IMG/VR virus record: IMGVR_UViG_3300037316_000032
Span: 2,559-66,558 of that record
DNA: 64,000 nt
Reading direction: 5' to 3' (one strand)
Origin: a virus
Part shown: piece after piece, positions 26,438 to 36,657 of the stretch
How the letters are laid out: each line of letters begins with the position of its first letter
Position numbering within the stretch: the first letter of the stretch is position 1
The notes under the pieces: model-generated
What the model was told of the DNA's origin: nothing
What the model saw: the letters and a program-made list of their open reading frames with translations, nothing else
Database searches by the model: none
Translations under genes and position numbers: made by a program

Positions 26438-26767
26438 TCATCGCTTGAGGACCTTCGCGGTATTCTTCGGCACGACACCGGGGCTTTTGGTTCCCTTGCC
26501 AAAGTCTTCATCTGAGGATTTGTTCTTTTCCGTGGTGAACTCGTTCGGCGTTTTCAGAAAGTCAGTCGTGCGCCCGAGAACGGACCCACCCTTGGCATAT
26601 TTGACATTGGCGATATCGCCACCTTTTGCATATGACATGTGCCGCCCCTTGTCTGCTTGGTTGAAGTCTTTCGCTACTGAAACGGGCGGTCCGCCGCCAC
26701 CTGGTTTATGCCACCCGTGGGCCACTGCGGCCATCAGGCGGGCTTGAGCTTTTGATGTGCTTGGCAT
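26438..26767 (-). CDS. small basic phage protein with YAKGG repeats
   Basis: MPSTSKAQARLMAAVAH...SVAKDFNQADKG; two YAKGG; GGAG SD. Confidence 0.7.
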   Translation of the reverse strand: MPSTSKAQARLMAAVAHGWHKPGGGGPPVSVAKDFNQADKGRHMSYAKGGDIANVKYAKGGSVLGRTTDFLKTPNEFTTEKNKSSDEDFGKGTKSPGVVPKNTAKVLKR

Positions 26768-26787
26768 AACACGCTCCCCTTAAAAAG

Positions 26788-29700
26788 TTATTTATGCCCA
26801 AGGATGCTGTTTAGCCAGCCTTCCACGGGGTTCGAAGGATGGGCATAGCGGGTAACGGCGGCCTGCTCGTTCTTGCTGGGGGCCATCTTTTCATAGGCGC
26901 GCGATTTGGCACTTGGGTTCTTGATACCCAGGGCCTGGTCGCGGATGCCCTTCAGGATGCCCTGATTACGGCTGGCATTTACTGCGGTGCCGACCGGACT
27001 CACCAGCCCCTGCGCAGTATGGAGCCCTTCCTGAGCGGCCACGCGAACGCCTGCCCTGGCGCTCCCGTGCAGCGCGGTCGTAACATCACCTGGTTCCACG
27101 ATATTCTTGTTTGCAAAGTCCTTATTGTGGAGAGCTTCAAGACCCGTGTTGGCCAGCGGCGGAATGGTAAAGGTGTCCCGCGCTGCCTGCAACGCATCGC
27201 CTGTACCAGCTCGGGCTCGCGCAATCGCGTTCGGGATCGCTATTGGGCCACGGCGATACACAGACGCATCCGGGTTGTTCGTGATCCACTGTGCCACCTT
27301 GTCGAGGGCGGGGTAGATGCCAAAGGCCAAAACACCCATCATCAGTAAATGGCCGACTGCTTCTGCGCGATCCTTCCCAGTCGCGTTCGGACTGAGCAGG
27401 TCCTTTGCGACATTGGCGTAGGCGTTCCACACGCCAGCATGGTAGCGGCCGAACGCTGACAGTTCAGGCGACTGCATCACTTTGGATAGGAAGCGTGACC
27501 CCATCAGGCGCGACGCCACCCGATAATTGGGGAAGTATTTCTCAGCCTGGGTGATCGCGTCCTCCATTGACATGCCGTTGCGCATGTTCTCTTTAAGATG
27601 CTGGACCAAGAACACGTCATTGGAATACCACATGGCGTGCTTCGACGCATTGTAGATGCCCTTCACCATATCGTCCACGCCGACACCAAATGTCTTCGCA
27701 ACCGGCCCCCATGTCGCTGGATCGCTTTTTATAGTTAGACCGGCTGCATGGGCGATTTGTCCGACGATATCCTGAGTGACCGTGCTGCCGTAAATAAGCC
27801 CGGCGCCCTTGTCCAGCGCTTCCTTGTAGAACGCATCCTGGGTCATCACGGACTTCATTGCGTCACTGCCGTCCAAATAAAGGCTCTTATAGCCCCGAGG
27901 ACGAAGCCACTCCAAGCCGCGTGCAGTGAACCAATGGGTTCCCACGTTCTCGAAATGGGCTGTCGGCAACCAGAACAGGAGCTTGGTGACTTGCTGCGAG
28001 AACCGCCGCACTTTATCCCAGGCACTATCGGCAGCACCAAAGCCGGGCCGCTGGAAGTCGTCCATGACTTCGGCAAGCCGCGGGTGCATATACCAGCCCT
28101 TGAAGGCTTTAAGGTCTGTCGTCTGCCATTTATTTTCCGCTCCCAGCTTGGCGTTCTGAGTGGCAAGCTGCCGATCGCCGGACTGGAACTCAGGCGAAGA
28201 TTTCTGTTTGTCGATATATTCCAAATGCCGCAAGACAGTAGACAAGCGTTGTTCCGCCAGGATCGCTGACATGATGGCGCTCTTATGGTACTTGACGCCA
28301 GTCTGCGCTTCGATCTCGTCGGTCGTAGCCTGCCCCATCTTATAAGTGTTCTGGCCATTGGTGTACGTGTCCCCGTCTTTGAACTCAAAGGTGGGGTCCT
28401 TGACCATGTGTGGTTTGCCGTTGCGCCACGACAGGAAGCCACCCTTCTCGGAAGGTGAAATAACGAAACGCTGCCCGTCCGAACGCTCCAACCCAACGAA
28501 CTTGCGTTCGTACATGGGTCCCACCTTGCCACTATAGAGCGGGTTGGTAGTACCTTGGATAGGGTCGCCACTGATACCGGTTTTCAAGTTATCGGGAGCC
28601 AGCTCATCGCCCTCACCGCCGATACGCATACGCCAGATATGGTTTGCCACTTTTGGGCCGAGCAGCCCTGGTGCAAGCTTTTCGATCTTGGCAAACATCG
28701 TATCGGCGTTATCAAGGTGGGGTTTGATCCAGCGGTCAAACAGCGTCTTATCGCCCTTATTCAGGCTGCTTACTGTGTCCGTGTCCTGCGCCTTATAGAG
28801 TTTGCCGTCGATGGCCTGGACTTCTTTCGGCATATTCTTCGCGGCCTGGCGTGCGTCAATCTTGTCGCGTGTGTCCCCACCCCGTAGATTGGCAAAATCC
28901 TGGCTCAAAGAATTGGCATAGTCCTCCTCGGCCGACCGGGACCCCTTTGCGGCATAAGTCTTGGACTTAGGCGCGTCGAACGTCTTGGCGATTGCCTTCG
29001 GATTTAGACTGCCAGCCTCGTCAGTGAACATCGTCTTAAGCGTGTTAGCCGCGGGTTCTTCCTTGACACCACGCTCCAGCGCTTGCAGCTCAGACTCACG
29101 CTGGGCTTGCTCCTTGACTTCTTTCGACTTGCCAGCGTACTTCGCCTTGATCTCGTCCGTTACCTCTACCTTGCGTACCTCGCTTGGCTTGTCCTCGGGC
29201 GCCTTCGTAGCGGTCTTGGCCGCAAGAGTACGGGCCTCCCGTTGCCGCTTCTGCACAGCCATTTTCTCTTGCTGCGCGGCCAAGCGATCGTTGTTCTCTA
29301 GCTCCCACTTCGACTTTGCCGGTTGGCCAGTCAGGTCATCGGGAGCGTTCACCAGTCCCTCAGTGGTCTTCGCCATGTCCGCTTTAATGTCCGCCTGCTT
29401 AGCCGCGGGCAGCTCAGCGATATCAAGGGTCTTCGTGCGCTCAACCGGGGCCAAGTCCGCAGCCTTGACCGGCACAGGAGGCGTGTCCTTCTCGGCTTCC
29501 TCATGCGGTGTCTCGCCGGGGAACTTACGCGCCTGCTCAGCTTCAGCGCCGGCAAGAGCAGCGTCGCCCGATCGCGGGTTGTTGGCGGTTTCGCCTTCGC
29601 CCCGCTTGTCAGCCTTGTAGGCAGCGATATCTTCCTCGCCGCCGCGCAACAACTTTTCATTGGCGACAAATTTGGCGATCTGTTTCTCAGTCATACGGCC

Positions 29701-32067
29701 CTTGATCAAGCGTTGGGCTTCATTCAACCAATGCCAATGCTCGGGCGGGTCCTGTGGCCGATACGCGGCTACGGCGTCCTTGTCATCGTTCGCGGCTTTC
29801 GCTTCGCCTACTGCCCGAGTTAGGCGCGCGCGTAGCTGGTCTTTAGTCTCCGTGCCCTTTGGCGTGTTGTTATCAAACGCCTTCTCAACAGCTTCGATCG
29901 CCTTAGTACGCGCGTCGGCCAGTTTCTGGGTCTTGGCAGTGACACCAAGATCATCAATCTCGAACCCGGTCTTGTCCAGGCGTGGCGTAGCCAGCGTTTT
30001 TGTGAAGTCTGCCTTTCCGCCCCGGCTGTTGAGCAGTTTTGCAGCTTTACCGGCTTCGGATATTTGTTTAGCCCGCGGTAGGTCACGTATTTTGGTTTCA
30101 AGAGCATCAGCCGCTGGTCGTGACTTTTCGTTTGCACGTAGTCCTTCGAGAGTACGCTTCACAAACTTCGGATAGGTTGGCGCCGCAGGTGCCTTTGCAG
30201 GTATTTCGGCGGTCTTGAACCCCTCGATCTGTTTTTGGAACGCATCGGCGTCATAACCGCGCTTCTCCAGCCACATACGTTCGGCATGGAGGCCAGCTTC
30301 CTTCGACGCCTCAAGCTGGGTAGCGAAGGGCATTTTTTGCTCAGGCTCTTTACCGAGCATGTCAAGAATTTGGCGGCGGGTATTTTCACGGATAGCCAAG
30401 GCGTGCGCCGGGTCAAGCGATTTAGTTGGCTGCTCGCTGCCAGGTACAGTCTTTGCCTCGATCACGCGCGGTACGCGCGGATCAATAAGCGCTTCGGTGT
30501 TGGCCCGGTTCGACGCCACCATATTCGGCGCCGGCTGCTCGCGCCGTATAAGTGTGCCACGCATAGATTGGTCGACATGAGGGTAGGAGTCGCCTACCCC
30601 AGGCGCCTCATAAGACGTAGGCTTGGCGCCAGTAGGAATAGTTTCCGAGTCGGCCGACTCGGGGGCAGTCGCAGCTTTCGCTGGGCGCTCAGGCACCGCG
30701 GCTTGTTCGGCTGTCTCCGGCTTGAACGCTTCACCCTTTTGCGGGGCGGTGACTTTTGCCTGGACCTTGGCGCCAGCTTCCCGTTGTGCTTTGGAAGCGT
30801 CAACCAGGTCCTCATCAGACGTGCGGCTCAAGTCGGCCTCGGGCGCCGTAGCCTTGGCGTTCTTGTTGAACTCAGGTGTCTTGGGCGCAGCTTCAGCAGT
30901 CAGTGGTTCCACCTTCCCAGGGGCCCGCACACGGGGGAATTGAGCGTCTAATTTTGCTCCGTCTTGTGTCGGCGCGTTCTCAGTGTTATCGTTGGCCGCG
31001 GGAGGCGCGGTCTGTGAAACAGGCGATCCAGTAGTGGACTCCTTGGTGGCGTCCGCCGTAGAGAGTACGTCCTGGAACTCTTGCGACACGCCGTTTTGCA
31101 CGTTTTCAACGGCCGCTGAGCCATCTGACACAGGCGCCTTTTTCGCGTATGATCCGTCATTGCCGCCATCGCGCTCACCCGGCTGCGTGTCCGTATTGCC
31201 TATACCAGGCACGTCTTCCTTGACCGGCGTGGCTTCTTGCGCAACGCCACTGGCGGCCAGCGGACCGGGCGTGCCGTGACCCATATATTTAACGATACGA
31301 TCTCCAACAGTTTCACCAAGCTTGGCGAGCTTTGTAGGAAGGCCACCGCGGACTTCGTTGAACACGCCACCTTCCAACGCAGAAAGGGCAATAGCTTTCG
31401 GGTTATACCCCTCGCCTTCCACAGCTTGTTGTGCAGTGGTGACACCGCCCATGAACCCAGCGGTGGTCAAGTGCGACGCGATATTAGCCGCGCCCTTCCA
31501 CGCACCAGACTTGAACCCGGCAACGACGCCTGGCACACTGCCGAGCAAAGCGGCGTTGGGGTTTGCTTCCGCATTTACGCGCTGCTGTTCCGTGTCATCT
31601 ATGCCAAGCACACGCTTCACAATGTCCTGAGCCTTGGTAAGCGCGCCGCCTGCAATCAAGCCACCGCCGAGTGCGCCGATGCCCATACCAACGAACCCAC
31701 CTACCGGGTTGCCGCCAGTGAGCGCTAGACCAGCGACGCCGCCAACACGGGCGCCAGCGGTCATAGCCGGGATCGCGCCAACGGCTGGAATGATATCGCT
31801 CGCGGCGGCGCGCGCGGTAGTCATAGTCGGGCTCTCGGCTGCTGGATGGGCCGCCATATCAGCATCAGAAATGAAGTCCGGCGACGCCGCTTGCTGCGGC
31901 TGCGACCGCTGCATATCAGCGTCAGAAATGAAGTCAGGTTGGGCAGATTGCTGCTGTGACTGCTGCATATCAGCATCAGAAATGAAGTCACGGCTCTGCG
32001 AGTCCGGTGGCGGTGGAAGGCGCGCCCCCTGTTGCATTTCACTGTCTGGAATAAAATCAGCAGCCAC
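26788..32067 (-). CDS. large internal virion (ejection-type) protein, 1759 aa
   Basis: Size, position at the end of the tail module, Ala/Lys/Glu-rich, N-terminal DFISDADM repeats, Gly/Ala hydrophobic segment. Confidence 0.7.
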   Translation of the reverse strand: MAADFIPDSEMQQGARLPPPPDSQSRDFISDADMQQSQQQSAQPDFISDADMQRSQPQQAASPDFISDADMAAHPAAESPTMTTARAAASDIIPAVGAIPAMTAGARVGGVAGLALTGGNPVGGFVGMGIGALGGGLIAGGALTKAQDIVKRVLGIDDTEQQRVNAEANPNAALLGSVPGVVAGFKSGAWKGAANIASHLTTAGFMGGVTTAQQAVEGEGYNPKAIALSALEGGVFNEVRGGLPTKLAKLGETVGDRIVKYMGHGTPGPLAASGVAQEATPVKEDVPGIGNTDTQPGERDGGNDGSYAKKAPVSDGSAAVENVQNGVSQEFQDVLSTADATKESTTGSPVSQTAPPAANDNTENAPTQDGAKLDAQFPRVRAPGKVEPLTAEAAPKTPEFNKNAKATAPEADLSRTSDEDLVDASKAQREAGAKVQAKVTAPQKGEAFKPETAEQAAVPERPAKAATAPESADSETIPTGAKPTSYEAPGVGDSYPHVDQSMRGTLIRREQPAPNMVASNRANTEALIDPRVPRVIEAKTVPGSEQPTKSLDPAHALAIRENTRRQILDMLGKEPEQKMPFATQLEASKEAGLHAERMWLEKRGYDADAFQKQIEGFKTAEIPAKAPAAPTYPKFVKRTLEGLRANEKSRPAADALETKIRDLPRAKQISEAGKAAKLLNSRGGKADFTKTLATPRLDKTGFEIDDLGVTAKTQKLADARTKAIEAVEKAFDNNTPKGTETKDQLRARLTRAVGEAKAANDDKDAVAAYRPQDPPEHWHWLNEAQRLIKGRMTEKQIAKFVANEKLLRGGEEDIAAYKADKRGEGETANNPRSGDAALAGAEAEQARKFPGETPHEEAEKDTPPVPVKAADLAPVERTKTLDIAELPAAKQADIKADMAKTTEGLVNAPDDLTGQPAKSKWELENNDRLAAQQEKMAVQKRQREARTLAAKTATKAPEDKPSEVRKVEVTDEIKAKYAGKSKEVKEQAQRESELQALERGVKEEPAANTLKTMFTDEAGSLNPKAIAKTFDAPKSKTYAAKGSRSAEEDYANSLSQDFANLRGGDTRDKIDARQAAKNMPKEVQAIDGKLYKAQDTDTVSSLNKGDKTLFDRWIKPHLDNADTMFAKIEKLAPGLLGPKVANHIWRMRIGGEGDELAPDNLKTGISGDPIQGTTNPLYSGKVGPMYERKFVGLERSDGQRFVISPSEKGGFLSWRNGKPHMVKDPTFEFKDGDTYTNGQNTYKMGQATTDEIEAQTGVKYHKSAIMSAILAEQRLSTVLRHLEYIDKQKSSPEFQSGDRQLATQNAKLGAENKWQTTDLKAFKGWYMHPRLAEVMDDFQRPGFGAADSAWDKVRRFSQQVTKLLFWLPTAHFENVGTHWFTARGLEWLRPRGYKSLYLDGSDAMKSVMTQDAFYKEALDKGAGLIYGSTVTQDIVGQIAHAAGLTIKSDPATWGPVAKTFGVGVDDMVKGIYNASKHAMWYSNDVFLVQHLKENMRNGMSMEDAITQAEKYFPNYRVASRLMGSRFLSKVMQSPELSAFGRYHAGVWNAYANVAKDLLSPNATGKDRAEAVGHLLMMGVLAFGIYPALDKVAQWITNNPDASVYRRGPIAIPNAIARARAGTGDALQAARDTFTIPPLANTGLEALHNKDFANKNIVEPGDVTTALHGSARAGVRVAAQEGLHTAQGLVSPVGTAVNASRNQGILKGIRDQALGIKNPSAKSRAYEKMAPSKNEQAAVTRYAHPSNPVEGWLNSILGHK
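31855..32058 (-). repeat. four DFI(P/S)D(S/A)(E/D)M repeats
   Basis: Near-identical DNA repeats catatcagc(a/g)tcagaaatgaagtc x3 plus one degenerate copy. Confidence 0.8.
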
Positions 32068-32079
32068 CGTAACACCCTA

Positions 32080-34323
32080 TCATTGTGGCGGCTGAGAAGA
32101 CCATCCGCCCTGGACCTTGTAGTACGTCTTCCCATCCTTCTGCATCGTGGGAACATTTGCAGACGGTGCATTAGCGGTGGCACCTGGAGGAGCAGCGCCC
32201 CTAGCTGGAGCCCCTTGTGTTTTATCCAAGAAGTATTTCGCAATAGCTTTACTCTGCGCCGATCGCTCTGTTCCAAGTAACCCAGCGGTTTTTTCCTCAG
32301 CGTTATACACGCTTGCAAGATGGGCGTCCTGCGCGCTTGCACCCGCTGAATTGGCTTTCGCCAATTCACCAGCCAGCTTCTGGTCGGCCTGGTAGTCCTT
32401 CCCCTTCACATAATTATCGCTGGAGTACATCTTGGCCTTGGCTCCCTCTTGAGCGCCATACAAGCGTGAGTTCTTGGCCACTGAAAGGGAGCTTGCGTGC
32501 GTGGCCTGTGCAGCCATCGTGTCTTGAACATACTTCTGACGACGCGGATCACCGGCCATTGGATATATGTCCGCCGCGTCCTGTTTGATTTGCTGCATTG
32601 ACTTTGAGTTGAACCCCATTGGATCATCAGGATCAGCCGACTTCTGCGGTGTCTGCCCAACCTGGTCACTCTGGACAGACGTTTGCTTCTGTTGTCGTTC
32701 GCGCAACCACTGTTGCGGGCTAACGGTTGCGCCGGGTTGGTCGCCTGTACCCTTGTCAAAATAAGCTTCGTGCCCGCTGTCCGTGTTCGGACCAACGTTG
32801 TCGCTGTAGACCTTCGTCTTGCCACCATACGGCGCGGACTCAACGTGACGGCCTGGCGGCTGCCAGACGCCGTTCGGGTCCTGGACCCACCCCTGCGCTT
32901 TCGCTGCCTGGGGGTCAGTCACCTGGCCCTGTTTATTGAACTGTAGCGACTGGCGGCCTTGCGGCTGACCTTGCCCTTGCGTCTGATCGGCCTGACCCGG
33001 CGCCTGGCTGGAACCCTGCGTCTGATCTGCCTGACCCTGTGGCTGTGACTGGCCGCCGCTCTCGTTGAGCCGTTGCGCCGGCACAGACATGTTCTTTTGC
33101 TGTTTGAGCGTCTGGAGAACAGGCGTCAGTCCGCGCTCATACAGATTATCATACAGACCGCTTTTGCCCATATGCAAAAGATCATCGAATTGCTGTGTGT
33201 TCAGATCGACTGGCGCTGCCGGTTTATCTTCGCCCAATGTTTTTACCGCCACGGTAACACCAGTGGCAGTCGGAGTGAACACCGCACTTTTGCCGTCGAG
33301 CATGTGCGTGAACGCCTGCGTCGCGGCCTGGGCGGCAGCAGGAATATCGGGTGCCTTATTAGGGCTGCCATTAAGCGCTGCGCGCGCGAACGCCTGTTTA
33401 GCGTTAAACGACTGCATGTTGGCGGCAACAACTTTAGCGGCTGCCTCCGGGCCACCATCTTCATGGGCGGCTTCGACCGCTTTCAGGTTGCGCGTATCAG
33501 GGTCCATCTGGCCTTGCGGATCGACCTTCTGCGCCATCTGGTTCGCCAGGTTCTGGTCGCCGTCACCGCCCCTAATGTAATTGATGAGCCGCTGGGCGCC
33601 CTGGCGTAGCAGTTGATGTGGCGCCGTTCCGCCTGGGAATGAAGGTTGCCCCTGTTCCGGGATAGCCTGTTGCGGCTGCCCCTGGCTGGATTGGTCGGTG
33701 CTGTCATCCGAACCCTGCTGGATCGGCTGTGGCGCCGGCGCGGGTCCGCCCGCCTGGTCAGTACTGTCATCCGAACCCTGTTGTAGTTGGTCTTCTACCG
33801 AGCCGCCTGGATCGAACGCCTGGACCGAACCACCCTTGGCGAGCGACTGGGTATCCTCGTCGCCGGTATCGAGCGCTGAAGTCTTCTGCTTGTTTATAAA
33901 CGCACGCGGATCAAACTTGATAGGGCCGCGCACAGTCTGAGTTGCGGCGTTCCCACCCCACGACTGGGGACTGTTGTCATTGATCTCCGACTGCGAGGCT
34001 GGCATAGCGCGCGTCTTCGGGGTATCCGCAGCGGCGACTTGCTGGTTGCCGCCGCCGAGCCCGTTCTGTTGCCGGCGCAAGCCAATCGCTTCCTTGACAA
34101 TATCTAGCGCCGAGGAAACGTCCCCAGTGTCTTGGGCCTGACCTTGACCCTGATCGGAACCAGCGCTGGCCTCAGTCGGAATAGCTCCTTGAGCTTGCGA
34201 GTTATCGCCTCCACTACCTTCGTCATCGACTGGTCCCCCCATATCAAACGCTTGCGCAGCGCCAAAGTCTGCTGACGCGCCGAGATAGGGTTTCGTCGGG
34301 TTCACTGTATAGGAATTGGACAT
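32080..34323 (-). CDS. Gln-rich internal virion (ejection-type) protein
   Basis: ATG 34323 with GGGAG SD; low-complexity Q/G/D; internal duplications QQGSDDSTDQ and GQADQTQG. Confidence 0.65.
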   Translation of the reverse strand: MSNSYTVNPTKPYLGASADFGAAQAFDMGGPVDDEGSGGDNSQAQGAIPTEASAGSDQGQGQAQDTGDVSSALDIVKEAIGLRRQQNGLGGGNQQVAAADTPKTRAMPASQSEINDNSPQSWGGNAATQTVRGPIKFDPRAFINKQKTSALDTGDEDTQSLAKGGSVQAFDPGGSVEDQLQQGSDDSTDQAGGPAPAPQPIQQGSDDSTDQSSQGQPQQAIPEQGQPSFPGGTAPHQLLRQGAQRLINYIRGGDGDQNLANQMAQKVDPQGQMDPDTRNLKAVEAAHEDGGPEAAAKVVAANMQSFNAKQAFARAALNGSPNKAPDIPAAAQAATQAFTHMLDGKSAVFTPTATGVTVAVKTLGEDKPAAPVDLNTQQFDDLLHMGKSGLYDNLYERGLTPVLQTLKQQKNMSVPAQRLNESGGQSQPQGQADQTQGSSQAPGQADQTQGQGQPQGRQSLQFNKQGQVTDPQAAKAQGWVQDPNGVWQPPGRHVESAPYGGKTKVYSDNVGPNTDSGHEAYFDKGTGDQPGATVSPQQWLRERQQKQTSVQSDQVGQTPQKSADPDDPMGFNSKSMQQIKQDAADIYPMAGDPRRQKYVQDTMAAQATHASSLSVAKNSRLYGAQEGAKAKMYSSDNYVKGKDYQADQKLAGELAKANSAGASAQDAHLASVYNAEEKTAGLLGTERSAQSKAIAKYFLDKTQGAPARGAAPPGATANAPSANVPTMQKDGKTYYKVQGGWSSQPPQ
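33243..33257. promoter_or_regulatory. TTACCG-N3-CGGTAA palindrome copy 12
   Basis: TTACCG CCA CGGTAA, intragenic (VTVAVK). Confidence 0.8.
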
Positions 34324-34324
34324 A

Positions 34325-35569
34325 TTAGGCTCCCATCGCCTGCGAGGCAAACGCCGGCGCACCTTGCGGGGGTGCAACGCCGCCTGGCTTGCCGTGCGCT
34401 GGCGCCGTCATGCGGGCTTTGCGCGACTGCGCGATAAGCTTCTGGAAGAACTCCTCGCCCTTCCAGCGGGCCACGTCACGCGGCACAACGAACTCCTCGG
34501 CGTTCAACTGCGCCGGAACGTCATCGGTCTGCATACCTTGGCTCGGGCTGGCGTCCTGGGGAACTTGTCCGCCAGATGTGCTATCGTCCCCGATCGCGCC
34601 GCCCGCTGCATACCCAGTGCTGTCATACTGTGACGGATCGCTATATCCGCCTGGACTATCTGACAGACTTGGATCAGTAGTAGGATCAAGCGAGCCCCCG
34701 CCACCGCCGCTGCTGTCGGGGGTAGTACCCCAATCATAATTCGAAGGCACATTCTGGATGCCGCTGCCGCCGCCACCGCCGCTGCCGCCACCACCGGATT
34801 GCGCGCCGGTATTGTCTATAAGCTGGCCGCCGCTGTAGGCGCCACTATCTTGCGGGTTTATACTATCCGCAGTCGAGCCACCGCTGCCACCGCTGCTGCC
34901 ACCGCTGCTGCCACCGCTGCTTTTACTTGGCTGCGCCGGGTCCGTCGACCGGCTGGACGAAGTAGAGCTACCCGTACCCTGGGAATTGCTAACCGTGTTC
35001 TGGGCGGTCGGCGCATATTTAAGCGCGTTGGCAGCAGTGTTCTCGAAGCCACCCGCAACTTGCTTCCCGGCCGTTGCCGTATTCGTGTTAGCCAAGCTCG
35101 CATTGACAGCCTGAGCCCGGAGCTGTTGGCCCATAGTGATAGTGCGATCTCGCGCGGTCTGTCCAGCGCCGGCTTGCGCCGCTGCCTTTTGAGCAGCCTG
35201 GGCGGTCTTGGTGGCGATCGACATACCCGAGTCCGGGTTCACGCCATACTGGCGAAGCTGTTCCGAGGCATTGGCCGCGCCGGCGTCCATCGCCTGACCG
35301 GTATCAGTCTCGGCTTTGCCCATTTCCGAGCCAATACGGGACTGGCTGGAATAGGTGTTGGCGTCATTGACCATTGCGTCCGTAACCTGGGACGTTTTGG
35401 CAAATTGGTCATTGGCCCACTTATAGGTGTCGGCCGCGTACCCTTGGGCCGCGCCGGACAAGTTCTGGAGAAGCCCAGCAATTTCCGTGTTAATTGGCGC
35501 CACGGATGGCGTGGAGGTACTGGAGCTGGTGCTTTGGTTGACTGAATTTGAACCTGATGTAGACGCCAT
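34325..35569 (-). CDS. Ser/Gly-rich internal virion / DNA-transfer protein
   Basis: YGVNPDSG motif; C-term YAAGG...DDVPAQLNAEEFVVP..V resembling the tape-measure GG...D.IPA.LS.GEFV motif. Confidence 0.65.
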   Translation of the reverse strand: MASTSGSNSVNQSTSSSTSTPSVAPINTEIAGLLQNLSGAAQGYAADTYKWANDQFAKTSQVTDAMVNDANTYSSQSRIGSEMGKAETDTGQAMDAGAANASEQLRQYGVNPDSGMSIATKTAQAAQKAAAQAGAGQTARDRTITMGQQLRAQAVNASLANTNTATAGKQVAGGFENTAANALKYAPTAQNTVSNSQGTGSSTSSSRSTDPAQPSKSSGGSSGGSSGGSGGSTADSINPQDSGAYSGGQLIDNTGAQSGGGGSGGGGGSGIQNVPSNYDWGTTPDSSGGGGGSLDPTTDPSLSDSPGGYSDPSQYDSTGYAAGGAIGDDSTSGGQVPQDASPSQGMQTDDVPAQLNAEEFVVPRDVARWKGEEFFQKLIAQSRKARMTAPAHGKPGGVAPPQGAPAFASQAMGA

Positions 35570-35637
35570 GTGCAGCCCCCGCGACAGTCGGTGGAATAGC
35601 TTTATAGCGAAGGGGTTTACAGGAGGTTAACCCCCAT

Positions 35638-36210
35638 TTAGAACACAAATGCTGGGTCAGCCACGTCAGACGCTCCAGAGGAGGCGAGGGCGGCATTGGA
35701 GAACGCGGGTGGCCGCGTAATCGTATACGTATAAATGGGCGGATAGCCCCTCTGGCCGAAGGTGACAGTGGCAGTATCCACCGCTGGGTTTGCTATCAGA
35801 TAGCGCCCAACGGCGAAATAGGGTGTCCAGTGGACCGAACACAGCGCGGCCTGTACTCCGAGGACTGTCCCATATGTCCCGGTCAAAGTGGCAAAAAGCA
35901 TGTTGCCATTTACCAGTGCTTTACGTTTTTCCACCGTGTCCATGATACTTCGGTCGCCAATGTTGGCCGACGAAGACAAGGTTCCTATGGGAGTTATTAA
36001 ATCATAAAACGTACCGGGAGGGCCCCAAGTAGCGTTTGCATCAGCTTCAGAAACGGGAGCATCGACCGTGGGAAGCTCACCAGGTAAAGGCGCCCTACCG
36101 CCGTTAAGGGCTCCCTGCCACACCCAAGATGGTTTGAGCGGGTTCCAATGAACACCGACGATGGTCTGAAGAAAATCCTCCTGGAAAGAAGTCATCGGTT
36201 CCACTGCCAT
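35638..36210 (-). CDS. hypothetical tail-module protein
   Basis: 190-aa ORF overlapping the upstream gene. Confidence 0.55.
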   Translation of the reverse strand: MAVEPMTSFQEDFLQTIVGVHWNPLKPSWVWQGALNGGRAPLPGELPTVDAPVSEADANATWGPPGTFYDLITPIGTLSSSANIGDRSIMDTVEKRKALVNGNMLFATLTGTYGTVLGVQAALCSVHWTPYFAVGRYLIANPAVDTATVTFGQRGYPPIYTYTITRPPAFSNAALASSGASDVADPAFVF

Positions 36211-36548
36211 GAGTCGCCCGTGATGCCATCTTTCATCGACAGACTCTTGATACGCTCGATCTCCACGTACTGTGATGGGTCATCCGGGTTGGTAATTTTC
36301 ACCTTCTCAGTGGTGCGCGTGGCCTGGGTCCAACGAGGCTGCTTCACAGGCGGCGTAGTGTTAATTGTCTGACCCCCACCGCCGTTGTCTATATGCGGCT
36401 GCGTGAGGTTTTCCACAATCTGTTTCAGCACAGAAATCGCAGCTAGTGCGCTTTTCAAATCAGTCGCAACCGGGATCGCCGGATGCTGCTTCGGCGGCGG
36501 TTGGATAATCACTTGATCGCGTGAGTCGTGGCAAACTGGAGCGCCCAT
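36192..36548 (-). CDS. hypothetical tail-module protein
   Basis: RTTEKVKITNPDDPSQYVEIERI motif; GAGAG SD. Confidence 0.65.
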   Translation of the reverse strand: MGAPVCHDSRDQVIIQPPPKQHPAIPVATDLKSALAAISVLKQIVENLTQPHIDNGGGGQTINTTPPVKQPRWTQATRTTEKVKITNPDDPSQYVEIERIKSLSMKDGITGDSWQWNR

Positions 36549-36657
36549 GTTAATCTCTCAACTTGTTCGGTTGTATTTGCGGATTATCGCGTTGACCGTC
36601 GCGTTGATGCCGCGAAAGATCATGACGATGACGACTAGAGCAAGTAGAGCTTCCATT

